A stretch of 64,000 nucleotides of DNA, from NCBI RefSeq assembly GCF_003918875.1, contig NW_025766969.1:2790001-2854000 (forward strand), read 5' to 3'. This document shows positions 13,004 through 25,563 of this stretch, piece after piece; positions within the stretch are counted from its first letter, which is position 1, and every line of letters begins with the position of its first letter. Both the position numbers and the translations under genes were made by a program. Origin of the DNA: Haliotis rubra (taxonomy: Eukaryota). Below the pieces are notes generated by a model that was not told the DNA's origin, searched no databases, and saw only the letters and a list, made by a program, of their open reading frames with translations.

Positions 13004-13185
13004 CCGGGATCGGGTGGTCAGGCTCGCCGGCTTGGTTGACACATGTCATCGGTTCCCAGTTGCGCAGATCGATGCTCATGCTGTTGATTACTGGATTGTT
13101 TGGTCCAGACTTGATTATTTACAGACCGCCGCCATATGGCTGGAATATTGCTGAGTACGGCGTAAAACGTAACTCACTCACTCAC
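13004..13185 (+). mobile_element. SINE family B, 5'-truncated
   Basis: CGGGATCGGGTGGTCAGGCTCG...GGAATATTGCTGAGTACGGCGTAAAAC with a (CACT)n tail. Confidence 0.85.
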
Positions 13186-14319
13186 TATTTCTTCAGTTTC
13201 CTCCCAAAATCCTGATAAGCTGTATTAACAATGTGCCACGAATCCTATCTCTCAGTCATATGTATTAAAAGTTGAAAGACAAAAGATGAAACAACTAGAA
13301 GCGTTAATGTATTAGCTCACTACTCTTACGATATCCTCCAAAATCACTACTATCTAAAGCAACAAAGATAGTGGTCCATTGGACAGTTAAACCCTTTATT
13401 GTGCTGGGTGCTTCAGACCCTCACAGGCCGAAATACAGATATAATAGGCGTGAAACAATGGGTGTTGTATGTCGCCGTGAGCACTGAACAGTTATGTCAC
13501 TGCCGGCCCTGTTCTTGAGCATGAACAAAGACCCTAAGTGCAATCATATTAACACAGTCAGTCGCTGACGTCGTTGACCACCCTAACCAGGACATGTTTT
13601 TTCCTCGCTATAATTTACTGGCATGTATGATCCAGATTTGACTATTTACAGGCAGCCTTGTGGAAATGACAAATAAATATATTTGTTCTTTTGAATTTAA
13701 CTTTTACAGACAATAATGTTCCAGACACACGGGGAAGGTGGAAGAGCCAAGCGGTTAAAGCATCTCCTCACGCCAAAGACCCGTCGTGAAGCCCATTCCT
13801 GGTGTCCCCGGTTTGAGGTCGTCCCAGAGAGTTTCGAAAACCAATCTTTCATTAAAAAAATACACCATACGTAACATCTAAAACTTAATGCATCTGCCAA
13901 ATATCGTTGTTCTAAACACTTCATATTAGGTTCCAAAAAGATATTGCAGTTTGAAAGGATAGAAAATTATAGTCGTTTTTGCTTTGATCTATTAACGAAG
14001 ACGCCAATGAGACATAAAAGCTTACCTGCATGAATGCAGCAACATCATTCGTGACAATGTTAATATCAATGTTCAGTTGTCAATAACAGTAAGTTCATAA
14101 TACAGTGTAGGTTCATAATTCCATGGTTCAATTGAAGGGGCAAGAAAATAACCCAGAAACGTTGTGTTTACAATGAAAAGAAGTTGACATCCATAATATT
14201 TTGTCTTATAATGTCATGTTGTATTAAAAGTAACTTGGTCATTAACAGCCATTAAATGTGTATATGTGCACAATATTGCCTTAAAGCTACAATAAAAACA
14301 CAAATTTTGGGTAGGTTAA

Positions 14320-15512
14320 AGGTCACATGCAACGTAAAACACAACTTTGCAGATTCTGATACCTTTCGGTATGGACTTACCGAAACAAATCATCAAAAAA
14401 GCAAATTCAACTTAAAAAGTTTAAAAATAACGCGATGAAAAAATACGAGCGAAATTGGAGTTCAAACGTTTCACTAATTTCCCCCCGACTTTTCGGGGGA
14501 AAACTGGTTTCAACAGCTGGGCTGCGCTCATAGCACGGGCGCAGTGAAATAGGTTTGCGCAAATTGGAAGCGGGCTGTCCGGTGAATACTCGGTGAAGGC
14601 TTTTTACTAATGTTTTGTTGATATCTCACAGGCGCGAGCTTTTTATATGTTATGACAGTAAATAAACCGTTTATATAATTTCATTTGTCTATTTCACCAC
14701 ACGTTCTTCTTACCGAGTCACTTTCTCAGTTCGATACTTAAAAGCAATGTCATTATTTAGCGTTGACAGAGTTTCTAACTGTGATATAGATATGTCGTTG
14801 TCACACACAAAACTCAATGTCTTGTTTTATTGACACCTGTGTGTCTGCCTGCCTGTCTGCTAATGACAATATTCAATACACAACTGGGATCACTGACCAC
14901 ATACAATTTGAACTTAACACTAATCAGGATATACACCATAAACAAAATGCATTGATTTATGGCCCGAGTTCGGTCTCTGTCACATTATGTAATTACACAG
15001 ACAGGCAGGTGTGATACTTGAACACATGACATGTTATGATGTCTGTTGATTGCAAAACGTTATACACAAAAAATGAGCATGTATTTACAAAACCCAACAT
15101 CTCTATATATACACACACAATGAGCCGTGAGGGCATCTGCAAATGAAGAAGCCGTTACACTTGAGTGCACACCCACCCGCTCTGACTGGGTTCGGTATCC
15201 CGGCGGTTGTATCCCATAACCCCTACATGCCACTACCCCTACAGCCCAGTACCCCTACAATTAGTTAAAACAACACAAGGCATTTACCTGTCTGGCATAA
15301 TGAACTGACCCAAAGAGAGATTAGTGCATAGAGTATACTGCTTCGTTTCTTGGGAAGTAAACCCGAGTACACAATATTGCACTTTTGATTTGCAATTGTA
15401 CGCTTATAATTTTGTTTATATGTTTTTTCATAACCAGCAATGTATATTATATGTCATGAATAAGTGATAATTGTGTTTTAATTATGTTTGATTTTTTGGT
15501 TGCATGTGACCT
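14320..15512. mobile_element. non-autonomous Kolobok-like DNA transposon (TTAA TSD)
   Basis: Perfect 14-bp TIR AGGTCACATGCAAC / GTTGCATGTGACCT, with TTAA at 14316-14319 and 15513-15516. RR..YY termini fit Kolobok rather than piggyBac (CC..GG). No transposase ORF. Confidence 0.8.
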
Positions 15513-15894
15513 TTAACCAATTCCTCTTCCGGGTACAGGAAGTTGAACACACGAACCCAAGTTCCGCACCAAATGTCACCTACATGAAAATATCCCTGCA
15601 TACATTCAGCATGAGTCATAGAGCTAAAGAAAGACAATACTAAATATTGAAAAACATGGTAAGTTTTAATTACTGGATGGATGTACAATCACATCTGTGA
15701 GATGATTCTGCCTGCACTGAAAAGTGGTTCTTAACTACGGAATCTGATTTGGTGCAGTCTAACCTACAAGCCTATTTGCTTTATATCATGACGCGTCAGC
15801 GTTGTGTGGAAGACAGACCGGAAGCGATGCATGACTTGCACATTTCTAATTGTGACAGAACCCACATCCACTGGTATGGTTAAAATCATTATAA

Positions 15895-16179
15895 GGGGCC
15901 GTTCATAATTTATAGGGGTCGGGGGGTGGGGGGTTGATATGATTTTAGTGGGCGGTCACCCATTTTGTTCTGGGGAGCTAGGGGGTTTCAGCAATTTGGT
16001 ACATAAAAATATGTTTAAAATTATGCCTGAATAGGGGAAGGTGATTGATCTTGTACATGACATGCAGGGGGTCACTTATTTTGTATATAAATTTTAGGGT
16101 GGGTGTCATTCACATTGTACATGCTTCTCCATAAAAATCATCACACACACACCCCTAGCCATAAATTATGAACGGTCCC
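15895..16179. mobile_element. PIF/Harbinger-type MITE (TAA TSD)
   Basis: TIR GGGGCCGTTCATAATTTAT / ATAAATTATGAACGGTCCC, with TAA at 15892-15894 and 16180-16182. Confidence 0.8.
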
Positions 16180-16353
16180 TAAGGGCGAGCCAGCGATCAT
16201 TGAATCCGGACACACCTTCTAATTCCAATTGACTTCCTTTACAAAACTGACACATAATCGATAATTTAGGCTCTTCATTCCTATGTTGTATATTGTATTC
16301 GGCAGCATAATGCTATTCATCATGTAAGAACTACAAACTATTACACACAAAGG

Positions 16354-16498
16354 ACAGGGGCGTGTCACGTTCAGAAACAGCGTTAGAAAGACATATAGGT
16401 ATATAGACCCTATCCTTGTACTATATAAAAGGACCAGGGTTGGGTCTATATACCTATATGTCTTTCTAGCGCTGTTTCTAAGCGTGACACGCCCCTGT
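16354..16498. repeat. 145-bp foldback palindrome (MITE-like)
   Basis: ACAGGGGCGTGTCACG..AGAAACAGCG.TAGAAAGACATATAGGTATATAGACCC is mirrored by GGGTCTATATACCTATATGTCTTTCTAGCGCTGTTTCT..CGTGACACGCCCCTGT. Confidence 0.85.
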
Positions 16499-16694
16499 GA
16501 CACTAAGGGCATGAAATAGCATGTTACCACATGACGTGACGTTTTGCATCCTGGTTGCAGTCTGACACAATTGTTTACAAATAACCTAGCTGCCAAGGAA
16601 TACCTTCAAATTAGGTCATTGTAAGCAGGAAAAAATGGGATGAGCTTCGGGATTAACTAATGTTAACACAACGCATGAGGTTATTCGCTATACT

Positions 16695-16813
16695 ATGGAA
16701 TCCTGAAAGGGACATTGTCGCATTATCGCCCTTGCAAAAACAAGCAAAAAGTGTCAAAATTAACCTAAGTGCGACAGTGCGACATCGCGACAATGTCCCT
16801 TCTAGGATTCCAT
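16695..16813. repeat. short inverted-repeat element (MITE-like)
   Basis: ATGGAATCCTGAAAGGGACATTGTCGC / GCGACAATGTCCCTTCTAGGATTCCAT. Confidence 0.7.
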
Positions 16814-17564
16814 TCTATACAGATATTTGTGTATTTCGAACTACAGTATACTACACTTATAACGAACCGGCTGATATAACGAACTACGTGTTTGGACCAG
16901 GCCACGTGGTGTATATGTCACAGTCAATCCGTCAAACCAGTCATTTGACCAAATGACTGATTGTTTCAGGCATTTGACCAAATGACAGATTGACTGTAAC
17001 ATATATACCATTCGAAATATGCGTATGACGAACTACGCTTGTAACGAACGAAAGTGAGTGTTTTTCTTAGTTCGTTATAACCATATTTTATCATAAACTG
17101 TTCCCAAAAGATAAGTTCATCATATATTATAAGACATATGAAATGAAATGCTACAATATATAGTGTTGATCATTTGCATCTTAATTGTCCAACAAATAAA
17201 GTATATATGCAACACGAAAAACATAAACGATTATTGCGTGCAGGTAAATTGTTCAAAATAGAAAACATCAAATGTGGTAAAAATGCAACATTATGAAAAC
17301 GTTTTGTGGTTATCATTTCCAGTTGTTTTTTTTGTTGTTGTTGTTTAACGCACTGTCAGGTCGGTGAGAATGGAGTCGAGACAATCAGTGGTTGATGTTA
17401 TGAGCACCGATCCACGCCGTGGCAGGAAGACACGGTATCGACCAAGTCGCAGAGTCCTGGCATCTGATCTATTTGGTACCTTCTTGCCACTAGCTCAGAT
17501 TGGTGAAGACAGGTTTTAAACCGGTGGAGGTCAGCACATATAAATGCAACATATGACAATAAAA

Positions 17565-18828
17565 CTACGATGCTTGTCGTATGCGACTAAACCTTTTCAC
17601 AACAGCCACGAGTTCCTGGCGAAACCGTGGGTTGCAGAAGCTGTAGATGATGGGGTTGAATGCACTGTTGATGAAGTAGGACTTGAAAAAGAAGTAGAAA
17701 GCACCAAACTGTGGCGTGTCAACTTTATCAAAGAATTCCTTGTTGACCGCTCTGGCTGCCATGAGACTCAAATGAGGCAGGAAGCTCAATACGAATGCCA
17801 AGGTTATCAGAAACAACATCAACGTTGTTTTCTTTACCGCTGCATCGCTCCTCTCGGGGGATGCGTTATTTGAGCGTTGTGACGTCGTTGGAACAGGATT
17901 CTCAACTTCTTTTTCAGATGGCACTTCGCTGGCTATATCGTCTGCAGGACACGAGGATGCGCATTCATTGTGAACATCAGATGTACGTTCCGTCGACGTC
18001 TCCAGTTCGCAAACAAACGCTGCATTGTCCTCATGATATACTGTTTCATGTTCCTGTCGAGATTTCGTCACACACCCAGTATCAGCTTCAACACATGAAC
18101 TCGAATGACATTTTCTAGATTGTGTCTTCAACTTCCGTCTGTAATTCCGCTGTTTTCTTATCCGACGCCATATAAGCGAATACAATACACTCAGTGATAC
18201 GGTCGTTGTAAGAAAAATGGTTAAATTGAATCCGTTGTAAATCAGTGGATATGGTGTCCCGACATATATATCAGGCGTGCTGCAGTCCGATCCATTAATG
18301 GCGGCAACGTCAGTGGTAACGGTCCGTGGTCCATAAAATACACTTGCAGGAATCCCCACCACAACCCCGACTGTGCAACAGGCACTAATGGCCATCTTGG
18401 CTGTTCGGATGTCCATCTGTTTCTGAAACGGCCGACATATCTTCTTTGTATCTATCCACGGCTACTGGTATGAGAACTAGGCCTGAAGACACTGACGTGA
18501 ATGTTACAAACACGCGCATCGTTTTACACATGATGACGTAAGACCCGAATGTGTAGCGATATCGCATATCTGCGATGTCAAATGGACAACTGACCACACA
18601 GTTTATTAGGTCAATGACCGCGAGGGACACAATGAAACATTTGACAGTGCTGGACTTAAACTTGACCAAATACACACAACAGACCAGGGAGTTGCCGATT
18701 ATGCCCGTTGTCATCAACACCGACACAAGCACGATAGCTGGTAGATATTTGTAGGCGTAGATGTCGTCATAACGACGTAGGTGGACGTTCACGTCGTGGT
18801 CGCTGAGGGTTGTGTTTGTGCCTGACAT
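17565..18828 (-). pseudogene. GPCR2: class A 7TM receptor with a single +1 frameshift (pseudogene or sequencing error)
   Basis: ORF 18385-18828 covers TM1-TM3 up to VDRYK and ORF 17565-18416 covers TM4-TM7 (NSAFNPIIY). Removing one T from TTT at 18445-18447 restores VDRYKKICRPFQKQMDIR and a 420-aa ORF. Acceptor TTCTTCCTAG has its AG at 18873-18874. Confidence 0.9.
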
Positions 18829-20422
18829 TGGAGATGGTTGCCCTCTGTGGATGCTTTAATGTATACTAGTACCTAGGAAGAATTTGAATAATAGCAATGG
18901 TTTTAAAGAAGCATTTGCATTCAATGTACTGAGTACAAACCATGAATATCCTCTTAGATACTCAGAAAATAAGAGCCTATTAAAAATTAATAAGCAAAAT
19001 TTTGGAGTTTAGTTTAGTTTAGTTTTACGCCGCACTCAGCAATATTCCAGCTATATGGCGGCAAAATATTGGAACACTGTTATGGACCTCTACTGTGATC
19101 AGGTTTGAGACTGGGCATCATGAGATTCTAGAAAATGATTTGAAAAATCATTATGATTGAGACTGTTGAAAAAAATTGAAATTAAAGGCAAGACTATTTG
19201 TATGGATGTCAATTGCTTTTTTGTGACGGACACCTGATGAAAGAGTAAGAATATACTTTCAAACGTCGTCTCCATCACAATAAAGAAGTTGACATCCATT
19301 AAAAAAGTCTGGTCTTTATGTGTATCACTTCTAAATGCCATTCAAACACTCAAAATTGACATTGTCTGCCACCAAAACAACCTTAATGCAAGACGTATCA
19401 CCCAAATACAAAGCTTTGCTTATAGCTTAACATATACCCATGCCAATAATGGTTGTCACCGCCCTCCCCACCCCAACCCCACACACACCTCCCACCCCAC
19501 CCCTCTCCAATTAATAAAATTGAAGGGGGTGACAACCGGAAAATATACATACAGCCTCTACACATCCTCTCCCCACCACCACCTTCCCCCGCCCACTCCT
19601 CTTATCCTCCCGTACACCACACGGTAAGGCCCTTAGTGACTTAGATACAGATTAAACGCAAGAGTTACACGCTCGTGTAGGGTGTCCTAATAACAAAGAT
19701 TATACTTACAGAGGTAGCGTGCCTATATCGTTTAACAGGTGTATAACTTGCTCAAGAGTCTTAACCATAAGGGTATTGAGATAAATGATTAATTCAAGTA
19801 TGGAGTTCAGGCAATCTTATCAATCTTTTCACGTCATTTTTATCGCATAGATAGTAGCGTGATATAAACCTACCCAGAATTCTCGCTGCTTTTCTTCACC
19901 TCCAAGGCACTCTTATCAAGTTTGTGAAAGTGTTGAATAAACCATCTGATGTTTTTTCTCTTAACTCTCAATAAATGTCAGCTTTTGTATTGTTTAGGAA
20001 ATGGGAACTGTTAAGTCTTGTTTCACGTAAAATAGTTACTTGTGCTGCATATTATTGCATTACGAAGAAATAACGCCTACATACCTGTGACATCCCAGGT
20101 TTAAAGGACGAAAGCAAAGGCCAGGGACACAAAACTACAACATGCCTCAGTAAACAGGGAGGTGCACCAACGACAAGTGTTGGGAGATAAAACCTGCACA
20201 TGCGCCGTCACACAAACATCTTAAGCCTTGACACTCAATTCAAGTGTCTTGTGATATGACTTAAAATACATCTTACATAAAAAGTCTGTGATAGTGAATA
20301 GCTAAATACATTTTATATTAATATAGGTCTTTAAGTGAATGGAAGCGAATTACTTGTCAAAAATGTTATATTTGTTTCCTTGGTGAATCAATTGTCTCAC
20401 TGCGTTGAACAATGAGTAAATA

Positions 20423-21896
20423 TACTCTCCCAAAAAAGAAACGCATATAGGAATTTCAACTCTATTTTTTATGTTTATTTTGAAACATCTTGTAGGCTTT
20501 ATGAGTCAATGAAATATAGCGAAATTGCAAACTGAGAATGCAGACTTATCCGTCTTTGGCACCAACTCGAGGAAAGTCAGTTTGAGTGTCACATGGAGAC
20601 GTGGGGTGGCGCTGAAGTCAATACCTCGTGTGACCACCGTGGGCATCCAGAACTGCACGGCATCGACTCGGCATCGAACGAATAAGTCTCAGAATCTCGT
20701 GTTGCCCAATCGCAAGCTCACCCTGCATGCAGTGCCTGTGCGAGTTGCTGAAGTGTCTGGGGCTGAGGGTTACGGCGTCGCACCCGTCTGTCCAGGGCAT
20801 CCCACAGATGTTCGATCGGGTTTTTAAAAGTCCGGTGATCTTGAGGGCCAGGGGAGCACATTGATGTTGTGGTTCTGGAGGAAGTCTCTAGTGTGACGTG
20901 CTGTGTGGGGCCTGGCATTGTCCTGTTGAAACAACTCCCTCTGGAGATCAATGATTGGAAGGAGGTGTGGGCGTAAGATTTGCGTCACAGTACCGTTGAG
21001 CTGTCAGGTTGCCCTGGATCATCGCCAAATCACTTCTCCTACGGCAGGTGATCCACCACACACACACACATCACACACACATCACTTCCCCGGCCGAATC
21101 TGTCCACCTGGGGAACGCAAGCGTCGGCGAAACGTTCACGTCGACGTCTGTACACCCGCATTCTTCCATCGCGTCGTTCCAATAGAAATCGGGATTCATC
21201 ACTGAACCAGATTCTACGCCAATTCGGTAGGTTCAGGCCTGAATGTTGGTGCACCATTGAACTCGATGTCGACGATATTGCGTAAACCAGCCTCTCTCAA
21301 CCTGTTCCTAGCGGTCTGTACAGCGGTCTGTGCAGCGGTCGATGACGCAGGTGATGTACCCGGATGTAGCGATCCTGCGCCGCAGTGGTCTCTCGAGGTC
21401 GCCCACTACGAGGGGCATCTGCTACCGAATTCTGCCAGCGATATCTCTCCCAGAGCCGTGAAATGGTGCTTTGGTGAACATTCATGCGTCGGGCAACTGC
21501 ACGTTGAGACTGGCCAGCTTCAAGCAAACCAATGGCGATATGACGGTTGGCTTCACTTAGACGTGGCATTTTGCGTTCGTCAACAATATTCCAAATACAG
21601 TGAATAATCGACAGACAGCGATCAACCTTTTATACCCATCATTGAGACTATCTGATCCCCAACTTTCACGTGCATTGCATGTGAATTGTGTATTCTGTGA
21701 CACTACACGCCGAAATTGAAAATCATGCTGTTAAATACGGGTATTTTACGGATGGTGCGTTTAGTTGTGATGTTTCAAAACATAAACACCATAGGACTCA
21801 TAAACAGAGCAAACCCTTTTGTAAAATGAATCACGTTTTAATTCATTGCTACATGAAACTGCTATTTTCATGATGTGTTTCTTTTTTGGGAGAGTA
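20423..21896 (-). mobile_element. Tc1/mariner (DD34E) transposon A, full length, transposase disrupted (20618-21569)
   Basis: TIR TACTCTCCCAAAAAAGAAAC(G/A)CAT at both ends, with TA TSD at 20421-22 and 21897-98. Peptides MPRLSEANRHIAIG..VHQSTISRLW..RSGRPR, WFSDESRF, NPIEHLWD and HGGHTRY lie in different frames. Confidence 0.95.
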
Positions 21897-22306
21897 TATA
21901 TAAAAGTTGTATTTGAGGAAGTATATCTAATGTCAGATGAGTGAAATATTTTTTCAGTGACTCAGCCAGCGGTGACCTAGATCCGCTTTCTTCACTTGTT
22001 TGCGAGGTTGTTGAGCGTGACGATGCCTTTTAACAACTACTAAAATAAACCCGCACAGACGGACAAGAAAACACTCATACATTAAAGGCCATGAAATGCC
22101 TCCCTCTCATGTCAAGTTGCCATGTCATGACCAAACAGAACGGCTGTTCATTGCGGCGTTAAGCCCTATATTTCCCATTGACACTGTACGCGTAAGGTAC
22201 ATCATAATTCCACATCTCGTTTACAAAGACTGTGGATATATTTCACTGGTATTTTGACATAATTTTTATTCTAGCAATTCAACCAGTAAGGAATGATTGT
22301 GAAATA

Positions 22307-22778
22307 CAGTTGTAAACAGACCTACCACATACCTACACGTGAGTCAGTGAGTGAATGAGAGACAACTGTTTACCCCAACACTAGTCCAGTTGTAAACAGA
22401 CCTACCACATACCTACACGTGAGTCAGTGAGTGAATGAGAGACAACTGTTTACCCCAACACTAGTCCAGTTGTAAACAGACCTACCACATAACTACACGT
22501 GAGTCAGTGAGTGAATGAGAGACAACTGTTTACCTAGTCCAGTTGTAAAAACAGACCAACACTAGTCCAGTTGACAACTGTTTACCCCAACACAGTACCT
22601 ACACGTGAGTCAGTGAGTGAATGAGAGACAACTGTTTACCCCAACACTAGTCCAGTTGTAAACAGACCTACCACATACCTACACGTGAGTCAGTGAGTGA
22701 ATGAGAGACAACTGTTTACCCCAACACTAGTCCAGTTGTGACCTGTGAATGAGAGACAACTGTTTCAACACTAGTCCA
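22307..22778. repeat. 80-bp minisatellite, ~6 copies (some scrambled)
   Basis: Unit CAGTTGTAAACAGACCTACCACATACCTACACGTGAGTCAGTGAGTGAATGAGAGACAACTGTTTACCCCAACACTAGTC; starts at 22307 and 22387. Confidence 0.92.
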
Positions 22779-22954
22779 TCATGACAGCCATGGGTGAGTC
22801 AGAGGTCGCCTCCCACAGGATCCCCCTTCAGTGTTCACGTACATACATAGAGCACTAAGGTCCTAATCTGACCCGGAATCCTTATGTGGTAGATACAGGA
22901 ATTGAGATGTCTTACTTATATTATCCCCCCGTAAGACAGATGTCCCTAGTATGT

Positions 22955-23284
22955 GGTGTTGTTGGTGGTGGAATTGCTCATATGACAACGTGCATGCGTG
23001 TGTAGGTGTATGTGCGGCTGCTTGTACTAGCCCAGACTTAAGCTGGTTTTATAGTGCTAGCCCACTGAGATACCATGCCGCAGTGAATCATGAATACCCC
23101 ACTCAGACACATTATACTGACTACGAGCCCACCAGTCCTTGTTGTACCCATTAATGCCGCGCGCCAGGCAGGGACCAACAAGTACCATATTTTAACGTCT
23201 TTTGGTATGACGCAGTCGGGGATCGAACCCGCGACCTTCCGCACTCCGGGCGGAGGCTCTAACCACTACACCACGGAGGCGGTC
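22955..23284 (-). mobile_element. tRNA-derived SINE family C (Meta-domain-like body), full length with perfect 11-bp TSD
   Basis: TSD CCCTAGTATGT at 22944-22954 and 23285-23295. Head has A box TGGTGTAGTGG and B box GGTTCGATCCC. Body GTCATACCAAAAGACGTTAAAATATGGTAC..CCCTGCCTGGCGC; (CAC/CAA)n tail. A degenerate copy lies near 27045-27190. Confidence 0.88.
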
Positions 23285-23850
23285 CCCTAGTATGTATATC
23301 AAGACCAGGGTAAAGGTGAAACACACATACATATAATGCTGACGGCAAGCAAAATTGTAAATGTCCTAGATTAAACACAATATGATTTCGGAGCGATATG
23401 ATTTCACGCCCAGTGTTCTCGAAATTAACACACCAATTAAAACAGAGAGCGATATATATAGAAGACAATATATTTATTTAGTCAATATAACAACATGTAT
23501 GTATCATATGTCACACAATATAACATATTTGTATATATATTTCATAAATCTCACACAATATATTTGTGTGTGTGTATTATAGAAATAAGTGATTTCTACA
23601 TGTGTATAAGCAATAAATATATAAAAGATGAGTCCAGATATTTCTTCTCATCTGTAATGTTCAGCCAGGATGAAGCAACTCTGACACATGGTCTGTGTAG
23701 TTCAAGTCAGTAAGTCTGTCGGCAAGAAGGTCGGCCTTCAAGGATCGAATCCTAGCGTCGATGATTCGGTAGCAACGTCTACGGACGGGATGTCTGCTGT
23801 CCTTGGATCTGCTGAATTTTAACTTCAGTAGCTGACTGTTCTTTTTGCAT

Positions 23851-25507
23851 TCATGACTTATCCTACAGTCAGCCAAGCTGTACATCTCGTTGTAGTATCT
23901 AGGATGTATGATAGAGTTCAATACAACATTGAAGTCATGACTTATCCTACAGTCAGCCCAGCTGTACATCTCGTTGTAGTAATCTAGGATGTATGATAGA
24001 GTGCAATACAACATTGAAGTCATGACTTATCCTACAGTCAGCCCAGCTGTACATCTCGTTGTAGTATCTAGGATGTATGATTGAGTTCAATACAACATTG
24101 AAGTCATGACTTATCCTACAGTCAGCCCAGCTGTACGGGTAGCACATCTCGTTGTAGTATCTAGGATGTATGACAGAGTTCAATACAACATTGAAGTCAT
24201 GACTTATCCTACAGTCAGCCCAGCTGTACGGGTAGCACATCTCGTTGTAGTATCTAGGATGTATGATAGAGTTCAATACAACATTGAAGTCATAACTTAT
24301 CCTACAGTCAGCCCAGCTGTACGGGTAGCACATCTCGTTGTAGTATCTAGGATGTATGATAGAGTTCAATACAACATTGAAGTCATGACTTATCCTACAG
24401 TCAGCCCAGCTGTACGGGTAGCACATCTCGTTGTAGTATCTAGGATGTATGATAGAGTTCAATACAACATTGAAGTCATAACTTATCCTACAGTCAGCCC
24501 AGCTGTACGGGTAGCACATCTCGTTGTAGTATCTAGGATGTATGATAGAGTTCAATACAACATTGAAGTCATGACTTATCCTACAGTCAGCCCAGCTGTA
24601 CGGGTAGCACATCTCGTTCAGTATCTAGGATGTATGATAGAGTTCAATACAACATTGTACGGGTAGCACATCTCGTTGTAGTATCTAGGATGTATGATAG
24701 AGTTCAATACAACATTGAAGTCATAACTTATCCTACAGTCAGCCCAGCTGTACGGGTAGCACATCTCGTTGTAGTATCTAGGATGTATGATAGAGTTCAA
24801 TACAACATTGAAGTCATAACTTATCCTACAGTCAGCCCAGCTGTACGGGTAGCACATCTCGTTGTAGTATCTAGGATGTATGATAGAGTTCAATACAACA
24901 TTGAAGTCATAACTTATCCTACAGTCAGCCCAGCTGTACGGGTAGCACATCTCGTTGTAGTATCTAGGATGTATGATAGAGTTCAATACAACATTGAAGT
25001 CATAACTTATCCTACAGTCAGCCCAGCTGTACATCTCGTTGTAGTATCTAGGATGTATGATTGAGTGCAATACAACATTGAAGTCATGACTTATCCTACA
25101 GTCAGCCCAGCTGTACGGGTAGCACATCTCGTTGTAGTATCTAGGATGTATGATAGAGTTCAATACAACATTGAAGTCATAACTTATCCTACAGTCAGCC
25201 CAGCTGTACATCTCGTTGTAGTATCTAGGATGTATGAGAGAGTTCAATACAACATTGAAGTCATGACTTATCCTACAGTCAGCCCAGCTGTACGGGTAGC
25301 ACATCTCGTTGTAGTATCTAGGATGTATGATAGAGTTCAATACAACATTGAAGTCATGACTTATCCTACAGTCAGCCCAGCTGTACGGGTAGCACATCTC
25401 GTTGTAGTATCTAGGATGTATGATAGAGTTCAATACAACATTGAAGTCATGACTTATCCTACAGTCAGCCCAGCTGTACGGGTAGCACATCTCTTTGTAG
25501 TATATCC
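23851..25507. repeat. 93-bp minisatellite with an 84-bp variant, ~18 copies, immediately 3' of GPCR3
   Basis: Unit TCATGACTTATCCTACAGTCAGCCCAGCTGTAC[GGGTAGCAC]ATCTCGTTGTAGTATCTAGGATGTATGATAGAGTTCAATACAACATTGAAG; the bracketed 9 bp are optional. Confidence 0.97.
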
Positions 25508-25563
25508 ATGATAATTATGTAAAAGCGTAACAGTACATTAACATATTAACAGCATAAGTTAAG

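Noticed and set aside
16354-16498. Palindrome as a hAT element or pre-miRNA
   Set aside because: No 8-bp TSD flanks the CAGGGG ends. Near-perfect long arms fit a foldback MITE better, and there is no expression evidence.
23661-25511. Long repetitive ORFs (120-290 aa) on both strands
   Set aside because: By-product of a 93/84-bp tandem repeat. The frames are broken by small indels, there is no unique N- or C-terminal domain, and ORFs occur equally on both strands.
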